In this document: one piece after another, positions 13,671 through 29,324 of the stretch | Layout: each line of letters opens with the position of its first letter | Position numbering within the stretch: the stretch's first letter is position 1 | Assembly: GCF_009914755.1 (NCBI RefSeq) | Contig: NC_060946.1 | Origin: the human T2T-CHM13v2.0 reference genome, Homo sapiens | Length of the DNA: 64,000 bases | Reading direction: 5' to 3' (one strand) | Position numbers and translations under genes: made by a program | Notes under the pieces: model-generated | The model's database searches: none | The model's input: the letters and a program-made list of their open reading frames with translations, nothing else | What the model was told of the DNA's origin: nothing

Positions 13671-15979
13671 AAGGAAATGAACCCATAGAACATGAGCTCC
13701 TTCAGGGTAAAGATTGCTCGTTTGCATCTCTCTGAAGCTTTAGTGCCTACCTACATCAGTGTCCAGGCCTAGTATGTGCTCACCTGTTGTCCATTGAATA
13801 AATAAGAGATTGGGGTTGTCCTGTATCCAGGACCCCTGAGCCCAATTTGAGTTCAAAGTAAAGAAGAACTTTCGAATAGTGCTTTCCCCTGGCTGCCATT
13901 AGTGGGAATGTGCATCTGCACGCAGGATGTCCACAGGCACAGGGGAGTCAAGCTTAGGTGGGTGGTTAGACCGGTGGGCCTCAAGATTCCATCACTCTCT
14001 CCATGCGCTGGACTCTTTGATGGGAGAGAGTAAGGGAGCGTGAGTAAAAGTCCGTGATCAGTGAGGGTGGCCAGGAGCAAGTCGATTTGTAAATGAATGT
14101 GCTGGCAAACTTCCTTACAAAGGCACTCCCCCAACAATTTTTTATAATTTCTAGATAAAATGCCCTGATTTGAAAGAAAGTCAAGTAGAATTTGAGTTAA
14201 TAGCGTGAATTGCAGTCCCATCTGCTCAGCTCCATGGCCCGGTAGATCTGTGGAGCCATTTGTCACAATTTGTTTTAAAGCCAGGAAGAAAAACACTCCT
14301 GGACACTGCCCAACACTTCTCACGGAGATGCTGTCTTTGGAGTGTGGAAGGGGTGGGGTGGGTGGTGAGAAAGCTGGGTGGGACAGAAGGAGGGCCCTGT
14401 GCTTTGAGGCAAAAGACAGGGTTCCAGCCCCTCTTCACTGGCTTGCTCGTGACCTTGGGTGAGTCATGCAGCTTTTCAGGCCTCGCTCCTGGTGTAGAAG
14501 GGCTAGACAGATCACAGCTTCTCCAAGTCTGGGCCAGATGACTGTTCATTCTTTCCTCCATTCAACTAATATTTTTGAGCTCTGTTCAGGTGCCACACAC
14601 CATTCTAGGAGCTGGGGATCCAGCAGTGCCAATACTTTTTCTAGTTTTAAGACTGGATGCTAAGAACATCATTGTCTACTTCATGCTATTGGAGAGCAGC
14701 AGTTCTTCCAGGCATAAGAACCTGGGAGAACCAGTTTGCATGAAAACTGTCCTGAGCTCGGGAAAGGCTGTCACCAGCCTTCCTCTTGACGTGCTTGAGG
14801 CCAAAAAGGGGAGATAGGGCCAACTCAGAGTGCATGAAAACCAAGCCGTGAAGAGTGGATAGCTGAAAAGATGCCTGTGAAAGCAACTTTGATCAGGGAA
14901 GGAATGGTGGACTCGGTATGGGGAATTCTTCTTGGGAAGGTGATTGTGGAGCGGCTCTCAGGAGACAAGAGGCTTTGTTTGATGACTGGCAAAGGCCTTT
15001 TGAGAGGGTGTGGTCGGGGTGATGGCTGGCACCTGTGAGGAAGACAGTTGTTCTGGCGAGTGGAGGTGTACTGGGAAAGGGTGTTCCAGGAGAATAACCA
15101 GTTGATTCATCCCACAAACATTTATTGGGCACCTACTGTCTGAAATGCAAGGGGACACACAAAGATGAGTTAAGGATTTGACTTAAGGCACAACACAACA
15201 CAACACAACACAAGGCAGGAATGGTTGCCTGCATAAGGCACTGAGGAAGGTTCCCTAGCAGAGATGACGGATGAGCTGGGCCTTAAAGTATGAGTGGGCA
15301 TTGGCTGGGCGTGGGGTGGAGAAAAGGCCTTTCCAGATGAAGGGCTCTGAAATGCTTTATGAGTTTGCCTTGGCAGAGACCAGAGACCCCATAACCAGAT
15401 GCTGTTCATTTGATTCTTGGAATCATGGGAATACTTCAGTGCCCCAAAAAGAAGATGCCGTTACAATGTTTGAAGATGACATTCTTTGTGCTTAAGCTGC
15501 CTTAAGCCTTTTCTTAAACAGCCTGGATGTGTAGCAAAAAAGAGTCCTTTCTGCCCCGTGTTGTAGGGCATTGGAAAGGATGACGTACTGGGAGGTGGCT
15601 GATGCAGCCTCCAGTGCAGAGGCCTGGAAAAGTGGATGATCTGTGGCTACAGGAGGGAGAGGTTAGGGTGGGTGAAGAAGCATTATGAATGAGCAGAATC
15701 TAGGAACACTCCATGGGTGAGGGTCATATTAAGAAATGAGAGAAGGGCACAGACTACTCTATGCCAGGAAGAGAACTGGGGAAGGCCAACTATAACAGGG
15801 ATTGTTTTGGAGGAATGGATAGTGTAGACAGTCACAGTGAATTTGTTTAAACAAATATCTGGAATTGGTGACTCAAGGGCTTGGTCAAGCTCAGTGGCAA
15901 AAAATCAGTGAGAACAGGAACATGAAGTAAGTTAGAGATGGGGCCTAGACGTTTGGGATTCTACTGTTTAGAAGCAGGT

Positions 15980-16500
15980 GTTGCAGTTATCCAGTGCTGC
16001 ATAACAAATCATCCCAAATCATAGTGGCTTAAAGCAAAAATTAGTTTATTCTCTTTCATGAAGTCTGTATGTCAACATCAGGAAGGGCTGGGCTCGTGGT
16101 TCTGGCTCAGTCTTTCATGGGGTTGCAGTCAGATAGTGGCTGGGGCTGGGACACTAGAGAGCTGGAGCAGTGGAGACTGGCATCTCATTCTCTTCACCTC
16201 GTCTCTCCTGTGGGCTAGCTTGGGCTTCCTTATAGTGTGGTGGGCTCAGAGCAGGCAGATGGCTTACACAGCAGCTCGGGCTCCAAGTGTGTGTCCCAGG
16301 ATTGCTGGCAGAAGCTGCATTCCCTTTTTGTGACCTAGCCTTAAGGTCACAGAGTGTCACTTCTACCAGAGCTGTAGCCCACCTAGATTCAGAGAGAGGA
16401 AACACAGGTTCTGCCCTCTCGATGGAAGGAGTGTCAAAGTCATGGGTAAGCAGAGCAGGCATGGGAGATGTCATTGCAAGCCAACTTTGGGAAATACATT
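15980..16500 (-). mobile_element. MaLR LTR (MLT1-type)
   Basis: 'tgctgcataacaaatcatcccaaa...gtggcttaaagcaa', 'tgacctagccttaaggtcacagagtgtcacttc'. Confidence 0.7.
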
Positions 16501-17398
16501 TTGTCTCCGGTGGGGAAATTGCATGAACAAATGAACTCCCTCATAGCAGAGAATGGAGAGTACCACCTGAGATTTGATGGGCAAACTGAGAACTGGGAGA
16601 GAAGCAAGAGAGGAGGCAGCGAGTGACTGAGGAGATGTGGGCAGGGAGAGAGGAGGAAAGCCAGGCGATGTTCTGGGCATGAAGCCAGGCTTGCTGTGGG
16701 TGCTCCAAGGCAGATGTGAACGAGTGAGGATGGGAAAGAAGTGGGGTTGGCCAGGACCATGGGAACACGTGGCTCTTGTTTTTCAGTTGTTCTCTCCACT
16801 AGCTGGAGCCTACCCTTTTTTCCTCTTAGATTTTTAAACAGCGTTTTATTAGGAGAAATTTAAAATTATCCTTGTCTTTTTTATACTGTCTCCTCATTTT
16901 GCTTTGTCGTGGCATGTGTTTTTACACATTTATTTTTGAATAGGTAATGCATTCACATGCGCTCAATTAAAAAGGATACCAAAGAATGTACACAGTGCAA
17001 ATTAAGTCTGCTTCTGACCTAATTCTTCCAGAGACCATCGCCGTTACTGGTTTCATGTGTGTCTTTCAGAAAATATTCTCTACCGTTGTTGCCTCTTTGA
17101 TGCCGACTGTACACACTAGCAGGGCTGATTTGCTCCTGCTTTGGTTTTAGCCTCGATGGCATAGAGGCCCTTCCATAGCATGAACAGCCCTCTCCAGACC
17201 CATCTACTCACCTTTGTGAGAGGGCAGAGCCTGCAGACTCAGGGCTGACCTCAGCCCTGGATTCTGTTCAAGCTTTTTCTGAACCTGTAATTTTAAGTGC
17301 TGCTTCTAATTCAAGTCAGACTTTTTCTATGTTGGCTTTTCGTTTTTGCTTTCTATGGTTTCTCAGTGTTCTTTCACCCCTAAGATCATGATTTTGAA

Positions 17399-17524
17399 TT
17401 TTTATTTTTGGTTCTAAGGCGCAGAGAGTTTAGTAGACAAGAAGGAAGGGAGAAGACAGAAGGAAAAAGCTGCCCCGTACAGAGACAGAGGGAAGGGGGC
17501 TCCAAAGCCGAAAGAAGAGGTCCC
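17399..17524 (-). mobile_element. Short polyadenylated ERV LTR (LTR10-like) R-region fragment with TSD
   Basis: Minus strand reads ...ctttggagcccccttccctctgtctctgtacggggcagc...ACTAAActctctgcgccttagaacc + A-rich tail; imperfect flanking direct repeats at 17387-17403 and 17525-17542. Family assignment from memory. Confidence 0.55.
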
Positions 17525-19589
17525 CACGATTGTGAAATTTTTTGTTCTCTCACTTACATGCACCTTTCCCTGGCATAGGGGAATATATAGTTAGGGAAAT
17601 GCAGGGGCTTTCAATACTGGTATCACAGAATTACACAGTCTTGGAGCTGAAAGGGGATTTTAAGGATTGTCTGGGTGTTTTTCTTCTTTAAAAAAAATTT
17701 TAAAATTTTGCTTATAGGGAATTCAGCCTTAGAGAAAAAGTTAAAAGATTATGTAAGGTCTCTTCTTCCACCCAACTCAAAAAACACCCCCAAACCAAAA
17801 CCAACTCTGCTGGACTTTCTGGGATGGTTGATGACCTACTGAGATCTGATTTCCCAGAGCAGGAGGTGGGAAGTGCTTGATCCAGCAATGGGAGGGAATG
17901 CTTGAACCCAGGATATCCCAAATGGCTGGAATGTAGGACAGTGGTACCATGCCCAGGCTGGGACCAACTTCTTAGCTGGCCTTCAAAGGGACAGATGGCA
18001 GCTGAACTCTGCGTAATGCCCAAATACAGCTCACAGAACCCAAAGACTGTGTCTCTGCAGCGTGCAGCATTGGTCTATAGCATTTGAAGCTATTTTTTCT
18101 CTGTAAGTGTCCACAAAATTCGTCACTTTACAATGAGCTTGGCAGGATAGCTGCAGTGAAGAAACTCTCCACACAGGTCCCAGTGTCTCTTCTGGAATTT
18201 TGCCTGAGCAAGTAAATCAAATACTTGGTAAACACACTGATGTCACTGTCCCTAGCCATGGGGATTTAGAACTTTTTCAAAACCCCTTTCTCTCTGTGGC
18301 CCCACTTGTTTCTCGCTGCAGCCTTTTATTTTTCTGGAGTTGGCTGTGGTTCTCCCTCCATGCTCCAGGCCAGGTTCTGTGGGCTGGACAGGTATGGCGA
18401 GTTAATCCTGCCAGACGAGGTCAGCTCTGAGTTAATGAGTACAGCCTCTCTTTCTCCCCTCCAGAGCATGGATTTCTTTCTTAAGTTTGAGGAGACAAAA
18501 ATATATGCCTGACAAAGGATTACCGGGAAGAATTAAACACGAGTCCTTCAGCATGCACGTATCCATTTGTTGCCTTCCGGGTTTGCTTTCTTCTCAGCCT
18601 GCGAGGCTCCTCATTCAGTATGCTGTGTTGTGTGGTTAGCTGTTCCATAGTCATACTGAAAGTGGCTTCTCAGATGCTGCTTGAGTCCTGGGGAATGTCA
18701 CCATCCGATGACAGTCTAGCTGAGAGATGCTAGCACGCCCACCCCTTCTTCCCCCCACAGATCCATATCTCATCTAGCTGTACACAAAAGGCAACTGATA
18801 ACTCCTGTTATCAGCACTAGGTGGGGTGGGAGGTTTTGGGGGATGGTCAGCATTTTTTGGTTTCGATGACCATGTAAGTATTTTAAATCTGCAGCTCTGG
18901 CAAACTGATAACCTCCACAACTATATCATCAGAGCCCTCATTAATGGAATCATTTTCTAATTTGAACACCTTGTTTGTCCTTCCTCTCATTTCTTAGTGA
19001 ACCTGTCAGTCTTCCCCAGCCCTTCACTGGTTGAGTTGTGGAAGTTTGGAGTCTTTTGCTTTTCAGGAATAGGCTCTGCTCTCTGACCGTTTCTGTGTCT
19101 TGACCTTTGTGGCGAGTGGAGCTCATTTGGTAGTTATAGGGTCTACAGTTGATGGAGACATTGAGGAGGATTGAATGCCAGGTATTTTAAAGTGGCCTTG
19201 AATTAACTGTTTTTTGGCATCTTTCTCAAATGGATCCATGGGTTATCATGGCCTGTGGAGGCACCTCCCATCTGAATGCTTGCCATCCATCAGCTGAGTG
19301 ACTGTTGACCTTTGCTCCATATGTCCTCCTGTGGGCTTGGCTGGGGAAGCTCACTTCTCAGAGGCACATGGCAGGATGGTCTAGAGAGTTGGTTGGGCCC
19401 AGGGAATAGATTCTCTGTCCAGTGATGACCTCATCAACTTCTCCCAAGCAGTTGCCTAAGACCTGCGAATTGTGGACAGCTCCCTGGATATCCCCACATT
19501 CTCTTGCCTGTTAACTACATCTCTTTACTATCTCTCTGGCCAGACCACCCCCTTTCACTCCCAGTGGAGGTCCAGTGATCTGATTTGGT

Positions 19590-20440
19590 TGGGGTCCTCA
19601 GCAGCTCTCACCTGGATCACCGCAGGAGCATGAAGGAATCTTCTGCCAGGGCCCCTTTCCCATCACTCCTGCCAGAACAATCTTCCCAAGGCAGGATTTG
19701 GAATATCTGTTTCCTTATTTACACCCCCAGTGGCTCTCCACTGCTCATAGTTCAAAGCCCATGCTCTTTAGTAGAGCACCCTATCCCTGCCCTGGCCTGG
19801 CCCCTGTCTGCTGCTTCCTCTTGGTCTTCCTCTACTTTCATGGACCCTACCACCCATCAATGTCAAACTGCTGCAGTACTCTGGACCTCCGGCTCCTCGT
19901 GCAGCTCTGCATAGATTCGAGCTGCTCTCTGCTGAGGTCCTATGTGATGTCCTCCCCACCCCACCACGATCTAGCAGAAATACCTACTCATCCTAATTAG
20001 AACTGGGCACAAGCAACCTCTCTTGTGTGAAGCCTTTCCTGACGCCTGTGGAACACCTAGCTCGGTGTCCTCAGTGCATCTTTCACAGTGCCACGCTTTG
20101 CCGCCTCTGTTTACTTATCTATCTCTGCCTCCTAGACTGTAAAGATTGGGTCTTGTAGCTCATCAGCCCAGTACAGTGTCCAGCAAAGAGGAGACACCAT
20201 ATATATTTGTGGAATGAATGAAACAGAAGCTTAGAGTCAGAGATTGTGGGTTTGGATGCCAACTCTGTATCCCACTGACAATTTCTCCGAGCCTCAGTTT
20301 GCTCATCTCATCAGCGAAATGGGGAATGTACACTTCCCTCACAGGGTGGCTGTGAGATTAAAGTAAGAAGACACCTTTGGAAATGCTAGTTCGCTGCAGA
20401 TTTGGCTAGTGCCTGGAATTGAGCAGGTACTCAGTCCTTA
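19590..20440 (+). mobile_element. L2 fragment followed by MIR
   Basis: L2 3' end 'ctagactgtaaga...tatttgtggaatgaatgaa' ending ~20222, then MIR core 'tctccgagcctcagtttgctcatct...gtggctgtgagattaaa'. Confidence 0.6.
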
Positions 20441-23400
20441 TTTCCTGTTTCAGGTGATAACCAGAGAGAAAGCCTCTACTTCAGGAGACCGCATCTCATT
20501 GTGCCTTTTGTCTTCTTCCAAAGAGGCTTCTCTGATTTTGCCCCTAATTAGGAGGGCGTGCCTGGAGAGCCCCTTAACAGCATCTGGGCAGGGCTTGCCA
20601 CCAGGGGGCAGAGGCTTTTGAACCATCACTGCTTTGTCAGAGCCTGTAGCGAATGTTCAAAGCCCAAATCTTGTTCCAAATCCCATTCCCTCCAGGACCC
20701 TTGTCCTCAGTGGGGATTTAGAAATGGCCCCATGCTGTATGTCACGTCCTTGGCTCTGTGTAAGTCAGCGACAGCCTGCATGTTAATGCCTAAACTGCTT
20801 TCTCAAGATTCCTCCAACCATCTGTCATTCAGGTGCCTTCCTTGTACCCTGAAAGGATGATTTTCATCAGGGCTCACAGTATCTGTTAATGCCTCATGAA
20901 GGCATCCAGTTGGAAGAAGCAAGAGAAGAGATGCGTTAGAGGGCTCGGAAGGGATCAACATGGAATGGAAAGTTTAATAACTCAGAAAATAGGAGTTTTT
21001 AGGAAAGTGGCTAAACAGCTTTAAGAAAAAGTAAATGAGGTCAAACCTGTTCAACCAGGCCCTTGTGCATTAAGCAGCTCAAACAGAGGGCAACTGATTA
21101 ACCATTTGACACTTCACACACCTGCAAAGTTGACCTGACCAGGCTGGCTCCAGCCAATTTTGCAATCATTTTCTCTCTCCACCCATTCCCTATTTCACCA
21201 TCAGCCCCCCTCCCCCACTTCAGGCTCCTTGGCCACCTCCCTCCTCTCCACTTACACAACCTGAATTCATCTGTACCAAAATATTCACCCCTCTCTGACT
21301 TCTTTTTTTGGGTTTTATGAGGCAGGTGGTCTGAGAAATTGCTTATGACTGTTGGTCCTAATTATGAATCTAATTCATTCAGACTATAGAATACTTAGAA
21401 AACACAAAGTGCAAGGAAAAAACAATCCCTTATTACCCGACCTCCCTTTAGCGTTTTTTAAATATACTAGCCCAGTCCTTTTTCCACACATATATAGAGG
21501 TGTGTGGGTGTGTGTGGGTGTTTATCTTTACGAAAATACTTTCAAATCCTTTTATAGCCTTTCTCCCCTTTTACTTAGTAGTGTGCTTTCAGCATTTTTA
21601 GGTGTTCATAAATATTGTTCTCTGCAGTTTTTAAATGGTTGCATACTGTTTCACCACATGGGGAGAATGCTGTAACTGACTGATGGATTCTTTGTTTGGG
21701 GACCTTTTCCTGCTTTTGTGACCCACCCCACTATGGTATAGTGCTCATTCTTGTACCTTCTTTTGGAAGTCCCTGAACTCTCCAGCTTGGTCTTGTGTAT
21801 CTGCGAGGGCCCTGTTTCCCAGTTCTCTTCTCTGGGCTGCTGAAGAATTAGTCTCTACCTCCACGGTTCTGTTTTTTGCATCTGTGATGCTGGCTTATCT
21901 GTGCCTCCCTGGAAAGAAAGAGCAGGGCCCACTGCCTACTGCCTGGTCATAGTTATGCTCAAGAACATGGTCCTTGAATTGAATAGGGAAAATGTCCAAT
22001 CCAGGGCTACCCACCGATGACAGCCAAGCACAGGAGCCTGAGCCACCAGCAATGAAAGTCAAAGCTGAGGGAGAAGGAGCGGCCATCCATTGTTATCATT
22101 CGTAACAGGTGCTTGGGAAAACCCCCAGAAGCAGTGTCAGGGCTCTCACTATTTATTTTTAGTTGTGTGTAGATGTTCATGCTTTATGAGTGTGCTAGAC
22201 ATATTTCAGGGTGCCTGCCACCCACACTCTTGGTGGGGAACGGTTTGGGGCCCTTCACATTCCCTGTTGCCCAAAGTGGTTATATGCTGGGTAATGGAAT
22301 ACAGATGCCCATCTGGTCAAGTCCACCTAGATCTGAGTGTGTTGGGGAAATGCATATTGTAAATGACCCCAAAATCTACAACTTTGGGGGCCTGGTTAAA
22401 AAAAAAAAGGTCTCCCAGCCAGTCAGACTGCTTTCTGGGGAATTTGCACTGAGAACCACAGTGGTGAGTGCAGCAGCAACAGGCATGTGTAAGCTGAGTA
22501 TTTGGAGCACAGAAACTATGGCTGAGTAAAGGAACTTTGTCCCTGAAGAGTGGCGGGAGCTGTCCTGAGGAGGGTGGTCTAAGTCACAAAGGTTTTCCAG
22601 TTCTGGTCCTTGCAAGGCATAGCTCTGCTGTGATCCTCACTCATGGGTTGCCCTGAAATCCCACAGTGTCTTTTTGTATCCTTTCTCCATCCTCCCCACT
22701 TCTCCCCACACACTAGAGCTAGTTGTTGGAGCTCTGCTTATTGCGATTATCCAGCTATCGTCCAAGAGGATGGCACATTGGCTAGTGCTTCCACTGCTGA
22801 GAGGGTCACAGCAGTGCCTTGGGCAGAGTCAGGAGAAGAGGAATATTCCTGTTTTGTACCGGAGTGCTTTCCAGGGTGAAGAGCTGAAGGAGCTGCTCTG
22901 AGTAGGACACGGCTCTGAGGTTCCTTTGGAGACCCCAATTCACAGCCTGGGCATTCGTAGCTAGGCAGCCCCATTTTCTAGTTTTGTGTCTCCATGGCCT
23001 AGTGTTGGGAGACAGAAGGTGGGGACACTGTGTTGAAGGACACAGCAGACTGACTTATCATGGGCTTCCTGAAGCCAGGGCCACCCCTTTGTATCCAGGT
23101 CTAGTTCTGATGCCACTTGAAAAAGCCCCCCAAGTGCTTTTGCTGTTGGTGCCCCGCATCTCTCTGCTGCCTGGTAGCTGACATTCTGACCCTGCCTGCA
23201 GATGCGCTCCCGGCATGTTGTCAGCAGGGCCCTGGGCTTAGCAGTCCTCTTCCTGAAGCTGTGAGAGCATTGAGGGGTGCACAGCTGGGGCCCTGCCAGC
23301 TCCAGGAGGAGGTGCAGGCAGTGCTGAGTGTGGCGGGAGCTGTGGAAGAGTTATTCCAGTCCTCTTTAGGAGAGGGTGGTGGTGGCGGCCAGTAGAGGGA

Positions 23401-25704
23401 CTGTTTGAAATCCAGCAGACACCTTTCTCCCAGACTGAAAACCTGGGGACCAGACTGAGAGTCTGGAGAAACTGAGGTATCCTAGGTCCAGAAATGAAGC
23501 GTAAAATAATAGCAACAGTAATTGCTGTGAAATGTATGCTGTGAGAAGGAATGAGGCACTTACTGGTTCAAGTGATGGTCCTTTTACTGGAACTCACTCT
23601 AAGCTGCGGTTCACTGAGCCTCTGGACTTCTCAGAGGGAGTGTTGCCATGAAGCTGCCCTCTTTAAAAAAAAAAATGCCCAACACTCAGCCTATTTCCAT
23701 TATCTCCAAAACCGGAGGGAAAGAAAGAGCGGTCAGAGTAATTACAGGGAGAACATTTCCAGGCAAGTAATCTGATCTTGCCTTTTAATTTTTTTCCCCT
23801 CTAGAAAATAGAAGGCAAATACTGGCACTTATATTTACTTATAAGCATTTCTATTAGATGCTGCCTTGAATCTAGGTGGGGCTGAAAACAGTGTCTATTC
23901 CTGTGGCTGTGGGCATGGCTGGCCTAGGGCAGGCTGCAGGGCTCCCTCGCTGCCTTTCTTTTTTGATGCTGCTTCTGTGCTGTCCTTCGCATGAGAGTGA
24001 GGGGGAATGCAGGTGAGAGGGTGGCAGGACTCAGGTGCTATCCCTACCTTTGCTGGGAGGAGTGGAGGATAGAGGCAAAGAAATGAGCGATAGGAGAGGA
24101 GGAGCAGAATAGAAGGGCAGGAAGTGGGGTCTTTTGGGCTTTCCTGGTTCCAAGCATGGCATAGGGTGAAAGAGCCATGGACATCCCGAAAGTGATAAGG
24201 TCTTCCCTGGGGTTTCAGTGGTCATGGATAAGAGAAGCTGGGGATTGTACAAATTCAGGTGGGGAAAGGATAAGCAGTAGAAGGCATGGGCTTGTTGGTT
24301 ATAGAAAAAAAACTATAAATAACCTAAATATTCATTAATATTGGAATAAATAAAATGTGGTGTAATCCTATGATGGAATACTGTGCAGCTATATAAAGAA
24401 GAAAAATGGGAACTATATTTGATCTCAAAAACTTTGAGGAGGAAAACTGAGGAACATAACTCAATGAAAGGGATGATAATGTTTATGTAAAAAATGCTGA
24501 AAAATAATGTATATTTTTCAGTGGTTACATATATCTAGATATAAAAGCAGTTTTTTGTTTTTTTTTTAAGTCTGGAGAGCTCTATCCTTAAATCACAGTA
24601 GTGCTAATCTCTGGAAAAATGAGGGGAAGCAGGGTTAGTGGTAGTAGTCAGAAGAGATAAAAGACTTAAAATACTGTATTTTTTAAAACATTTAAGTAAA
24701 TATTCTAATCTAAGTAAATAGTAGCATGTTTAAAACATTTTTGAGTTATGGTTTAGCAGTCCTCTAAGGAAGCAGCGTCAACATTTAGTAATGAGGGAAT
24801 TAGGCAGCAGCTTAGAAGCAGCCACCCATCCCTGGGGCTCAGTAGGTAAATGTCTCAACCTAGGACAATCAGGCAGTCTAGTGACACAGCAGTGCAGACA
24901 TCAGAGAGATCAGTCAGGTTGGGATGAAATGAATTACTGGGTTTGCAGTCCTTTTGGCTGGTTCTGTAGCTGGCAGTTACATCTTCTTAGAAGTAGTATC
25001 AATAATTTAACATTCATTAATCATCATCTTTAGACCAGCTCTATTTTAGGTACCACTGGGGATTCAGATAAGAGAAAGAATGAAAGAGTGAATGAATGAT
25101 ATTTTTGTCCTTGGATTTAAAACCAGGCCAGGCCCTCATCTTGTCGCATTTGACTGTGAATTTGGTCTGTCTGCTTCCAGTCCTGCCCTCTGCTCTGTCC
25201 TTCACCTGCCACCAGAGTGATAATTCGAAAGTGTAAATCTGATCCGTCTTCTTCCTTACCTCTGTTAGGCTCTTTCTCAACTTCCCCTGTCCCAGAGGAG
25301 GTGTTTGACTTTATTAATGTGCCTTTCGGTGCCCTTTTCCGCCTGGCACTGATGTGCCCTCCAGTCATGTGACAAAACGACCTCCGCAAACTTCTTGCTA
25401 ATCCTGGAATGCACTGCGGTGTTTTCATGTGGTATATATTTCCCTTGCGCTTTGGGACCCAATTCAGATGTCACTACTTTTTTGAAGGCTTTTTGAATGC
25501 TTTCACTTTCTGAAAGGGCTTAACCTTGCACTTTGCACCTCACTGCTATCGTATACCATTAAAATGATTAGTTATGTGTATTTATTTTAGGATTGTCAGC
25601 TTAGGACAACTTGTCAACTATGTCTTATTAATCTCTCCCTCACAGTTTCTGTCCTAGTGTCCATCATAATAGGTACTGAAAAAAATGTTGATTGAAGCCA
25701 TAGC

Positions 25705-26250
25705 ATATGTTCTTGTTACCTTTCTATGTAACAAATGTTTCCCAACCTCAGTGGCTTAAAACAACAATTTTGTTATGCTCACAGAATCTGGGGGTTGAGA
25801 ATTTACAGGCACGGCAGGCATGGCTGGAAGTTCCGAGGCTGGGGGCAGCTCACAGGGGAGGCTTGTTCACTCACATGGTGGCAGGTGGAGCTGGGTGGTG
25901 ATTGGCTCATTCACTCACTTGGTGGCAGGGGGACCTGGCTGGAGCCAGCTCTGGACTGGAGCACCTGCCCAGGGCCTCTCCATGTGCCTTGGGCCCCCTC
26001 ACAGCATGGCCTCAGGACCGTTGGCTTTCTTATGTGGTGGTTCAGGGCACCCTGAGTGAAATGGAAGCTACATCACTTTTCATGACCTAGGACTGGAAGT
26101 CACACAGTGACTTCCTGCCCAGATCCACAGAGGAGGGAATTATTCTAAACTCCACCTCTTGATGGGAGTGTGTGGCATGGTCACATTGCAAAAGAGCGTG
26201 TGGGAAGGAGATATTGTTACTGCTGTGTCTGGAGAATACAACCTGCCACG
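25705..26250 (-). mobile_element. MaLR LTR (MLT1-type)
   Basis: 'taacaaatgtttcccaacctcagtggcttaaaacaac', 'tgacctaggactggaagtcacacagtgacttcc'. Confidence 0.7.
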
Positions 26251-26601
26251 GTGTGTGGGAGAAATTAGTTCCACAGCTAGAGTTAATATCACTACTATTG
26301 CTACTACTGCAACTAGCGGCTAAACATTTATTGAGCACTTATTGTGTGCCAGGAATTAAGTTTTAAATGTAGCAACTCATTAAATCCTTCCATAACACTG
26401 TGACGATTATACCACTTTACAGATGAGGAAACTGAGGTGCAGAGAGGTTAAGTAACCAGCCCAAGGTCTCACAGCTACTGCCCATGCTGTGGGAAGTCAG
26501 TGAAGGCGAAGACTTAGGAATTCACTCCGAACTTTAGGTTTGCTGCTGGATTGTGGCAGTGCATTTATCACATGGGAGTTGATGGCTGTTTCAAGAGCCA
26601 T

Positions 26602-27556
<955 letters not shown>

Positions 27557-29324
27557 AGTGCAAGTGCCTTTAGCCAGCTTCATTTACTCCCTAACTCCTT
27601 GCCTCAGGTTCTGCATCCGTAAAGTGAGGTCACTAGGAGTATTTACCTCAGAGGGCTGTTGCAAGGTTAAAGCTGGTTATACAAGCAGAGTACTTGGAAC
27701 AGTGTCAGTTACCTGGCTGGGGCTCAGTAAGTGCTGGCTGTCCTTATTGGAAAGGTTCAAGTGTTGTGTTTTCCTGTCACCTGATCTGGAAAGAGGTCAA
27801 ACAAAGGATCTTTTAGCCCATGCCACTTCCTGTCCTTCCTTGGCTGAAGGCTGACAGGTAAGAATCCCCAGAAGTTGTCACCGATGTGCCTGTGGAAGTG
27901 CCTTCCCGATTGCTTTCCCTCTGGAGCCTTTAAGTTCCATGAAGCACTTAGTTGGCCTGGACTCCACCTATTCAGCATGCTGTGGCAGCTCAGTTCAGTT
28001 CCCATTTTTAACTTGGGACTGCATAGATTCCCCATCATTTCTTTTAGGACCCGGTGACCAAGAAAATCCAGTCAGTGCTTTATTACTTCTCACTGATATT
28101 CACAGAGCACATTTAGTGTGAGCCATGGAATAAGAAAACTCTTAGTCACATTCTGTGTCATGAGAAGGTTACTTAACCTTGAAAACCATTTCCTTGTCTG
28201 GTAAATGTGGCTGTAATGAAATCGACCCCATTCACTGTTGTGAGGATTAAATGCGATGATGTATGCAGAGCAACTAGGACAGTGCCTGGGAAAGTGCTGC
28301 TCATGATCATTTATCTTCGGTTTAGAACAATATATACTTGCTTATTTAAAAAAGGAGATAATAGAGAAAAGGTATTGAGAAAAATAGGAGAGGAGAAAAT
28401 CACTCATATTCTCACCATTCAGTGAATCAGCCCAGTATCATCAATGTTTTGTTTGGTTGTTTTTGTAGGTGTAGGATTTTTTTTTTTTTTTTAACGTAAT
28501 TTTCCTGCATATGCAGTTTTGCATTTTTAACCCAAACTTAATGTTCTTTTTAATGTTCTTGTACTTACAAAGATTTATCCTGTTTTTAGATTGATATCTC
28601 ACCTTGGCAGAAATGAGATAAAATTTTAAAATATTCATTTGGTGGCTTTCACAGTGTTATTTGATCTCTAGGGTCTCCTGTGAGTTTGCTACATGGTGCG
28701 TTGTATTACTTTCATCTTAGAGATGAAGAAAGATATTAGTGTGGCTGAGTCGCATGCAGAATTTGGAGGAGCATGGTGCCGAATGAGCCTTGATGATTGT
28801 AGGGGCCACAACTGGAAAAGTAGATGTAAAATGGTGAGGTCGATCCCTCTGACACTTTCACATGCTCAGTCACGCATCTTGAACGTATAAGTTGGATCCT
28901 GTGCCTAGAGAGGTAGGTTTCTGAGCCAAGGCATATTCCAAAAATTCATGAGAAGCTGGCTTTCCCAGGCACAGTGAGCCCTCCCGGCTCACTAACTCCT
29001 GAATCATACCTCCTGCCCCTAGCCAGGTTTATCTAGGACTTGAGCACAAAGAAAAAGTGGGAGCATCTTTGAACAAGAAATATCTTGAAAAACTAGTTAA
29101 GTGGTATCATATATTTGTGGGATGGGTGATTTCAAAACCCAATCTAAAAGGACAGGACCTTGCTCATTGACAATTTATTGTCTGATGCAATGTTTCTTAA
29201 TCTTTTTGGGTCTTGGATTCCTTTGAGAATCTTTTGAAGTTTATGGACTCTTTTCCCAGAAGAACACACTCATGTGTATGTAACACAATTTTGCATTCAA
29301 TCTTAGGGACTGCAGGTGTCTACA

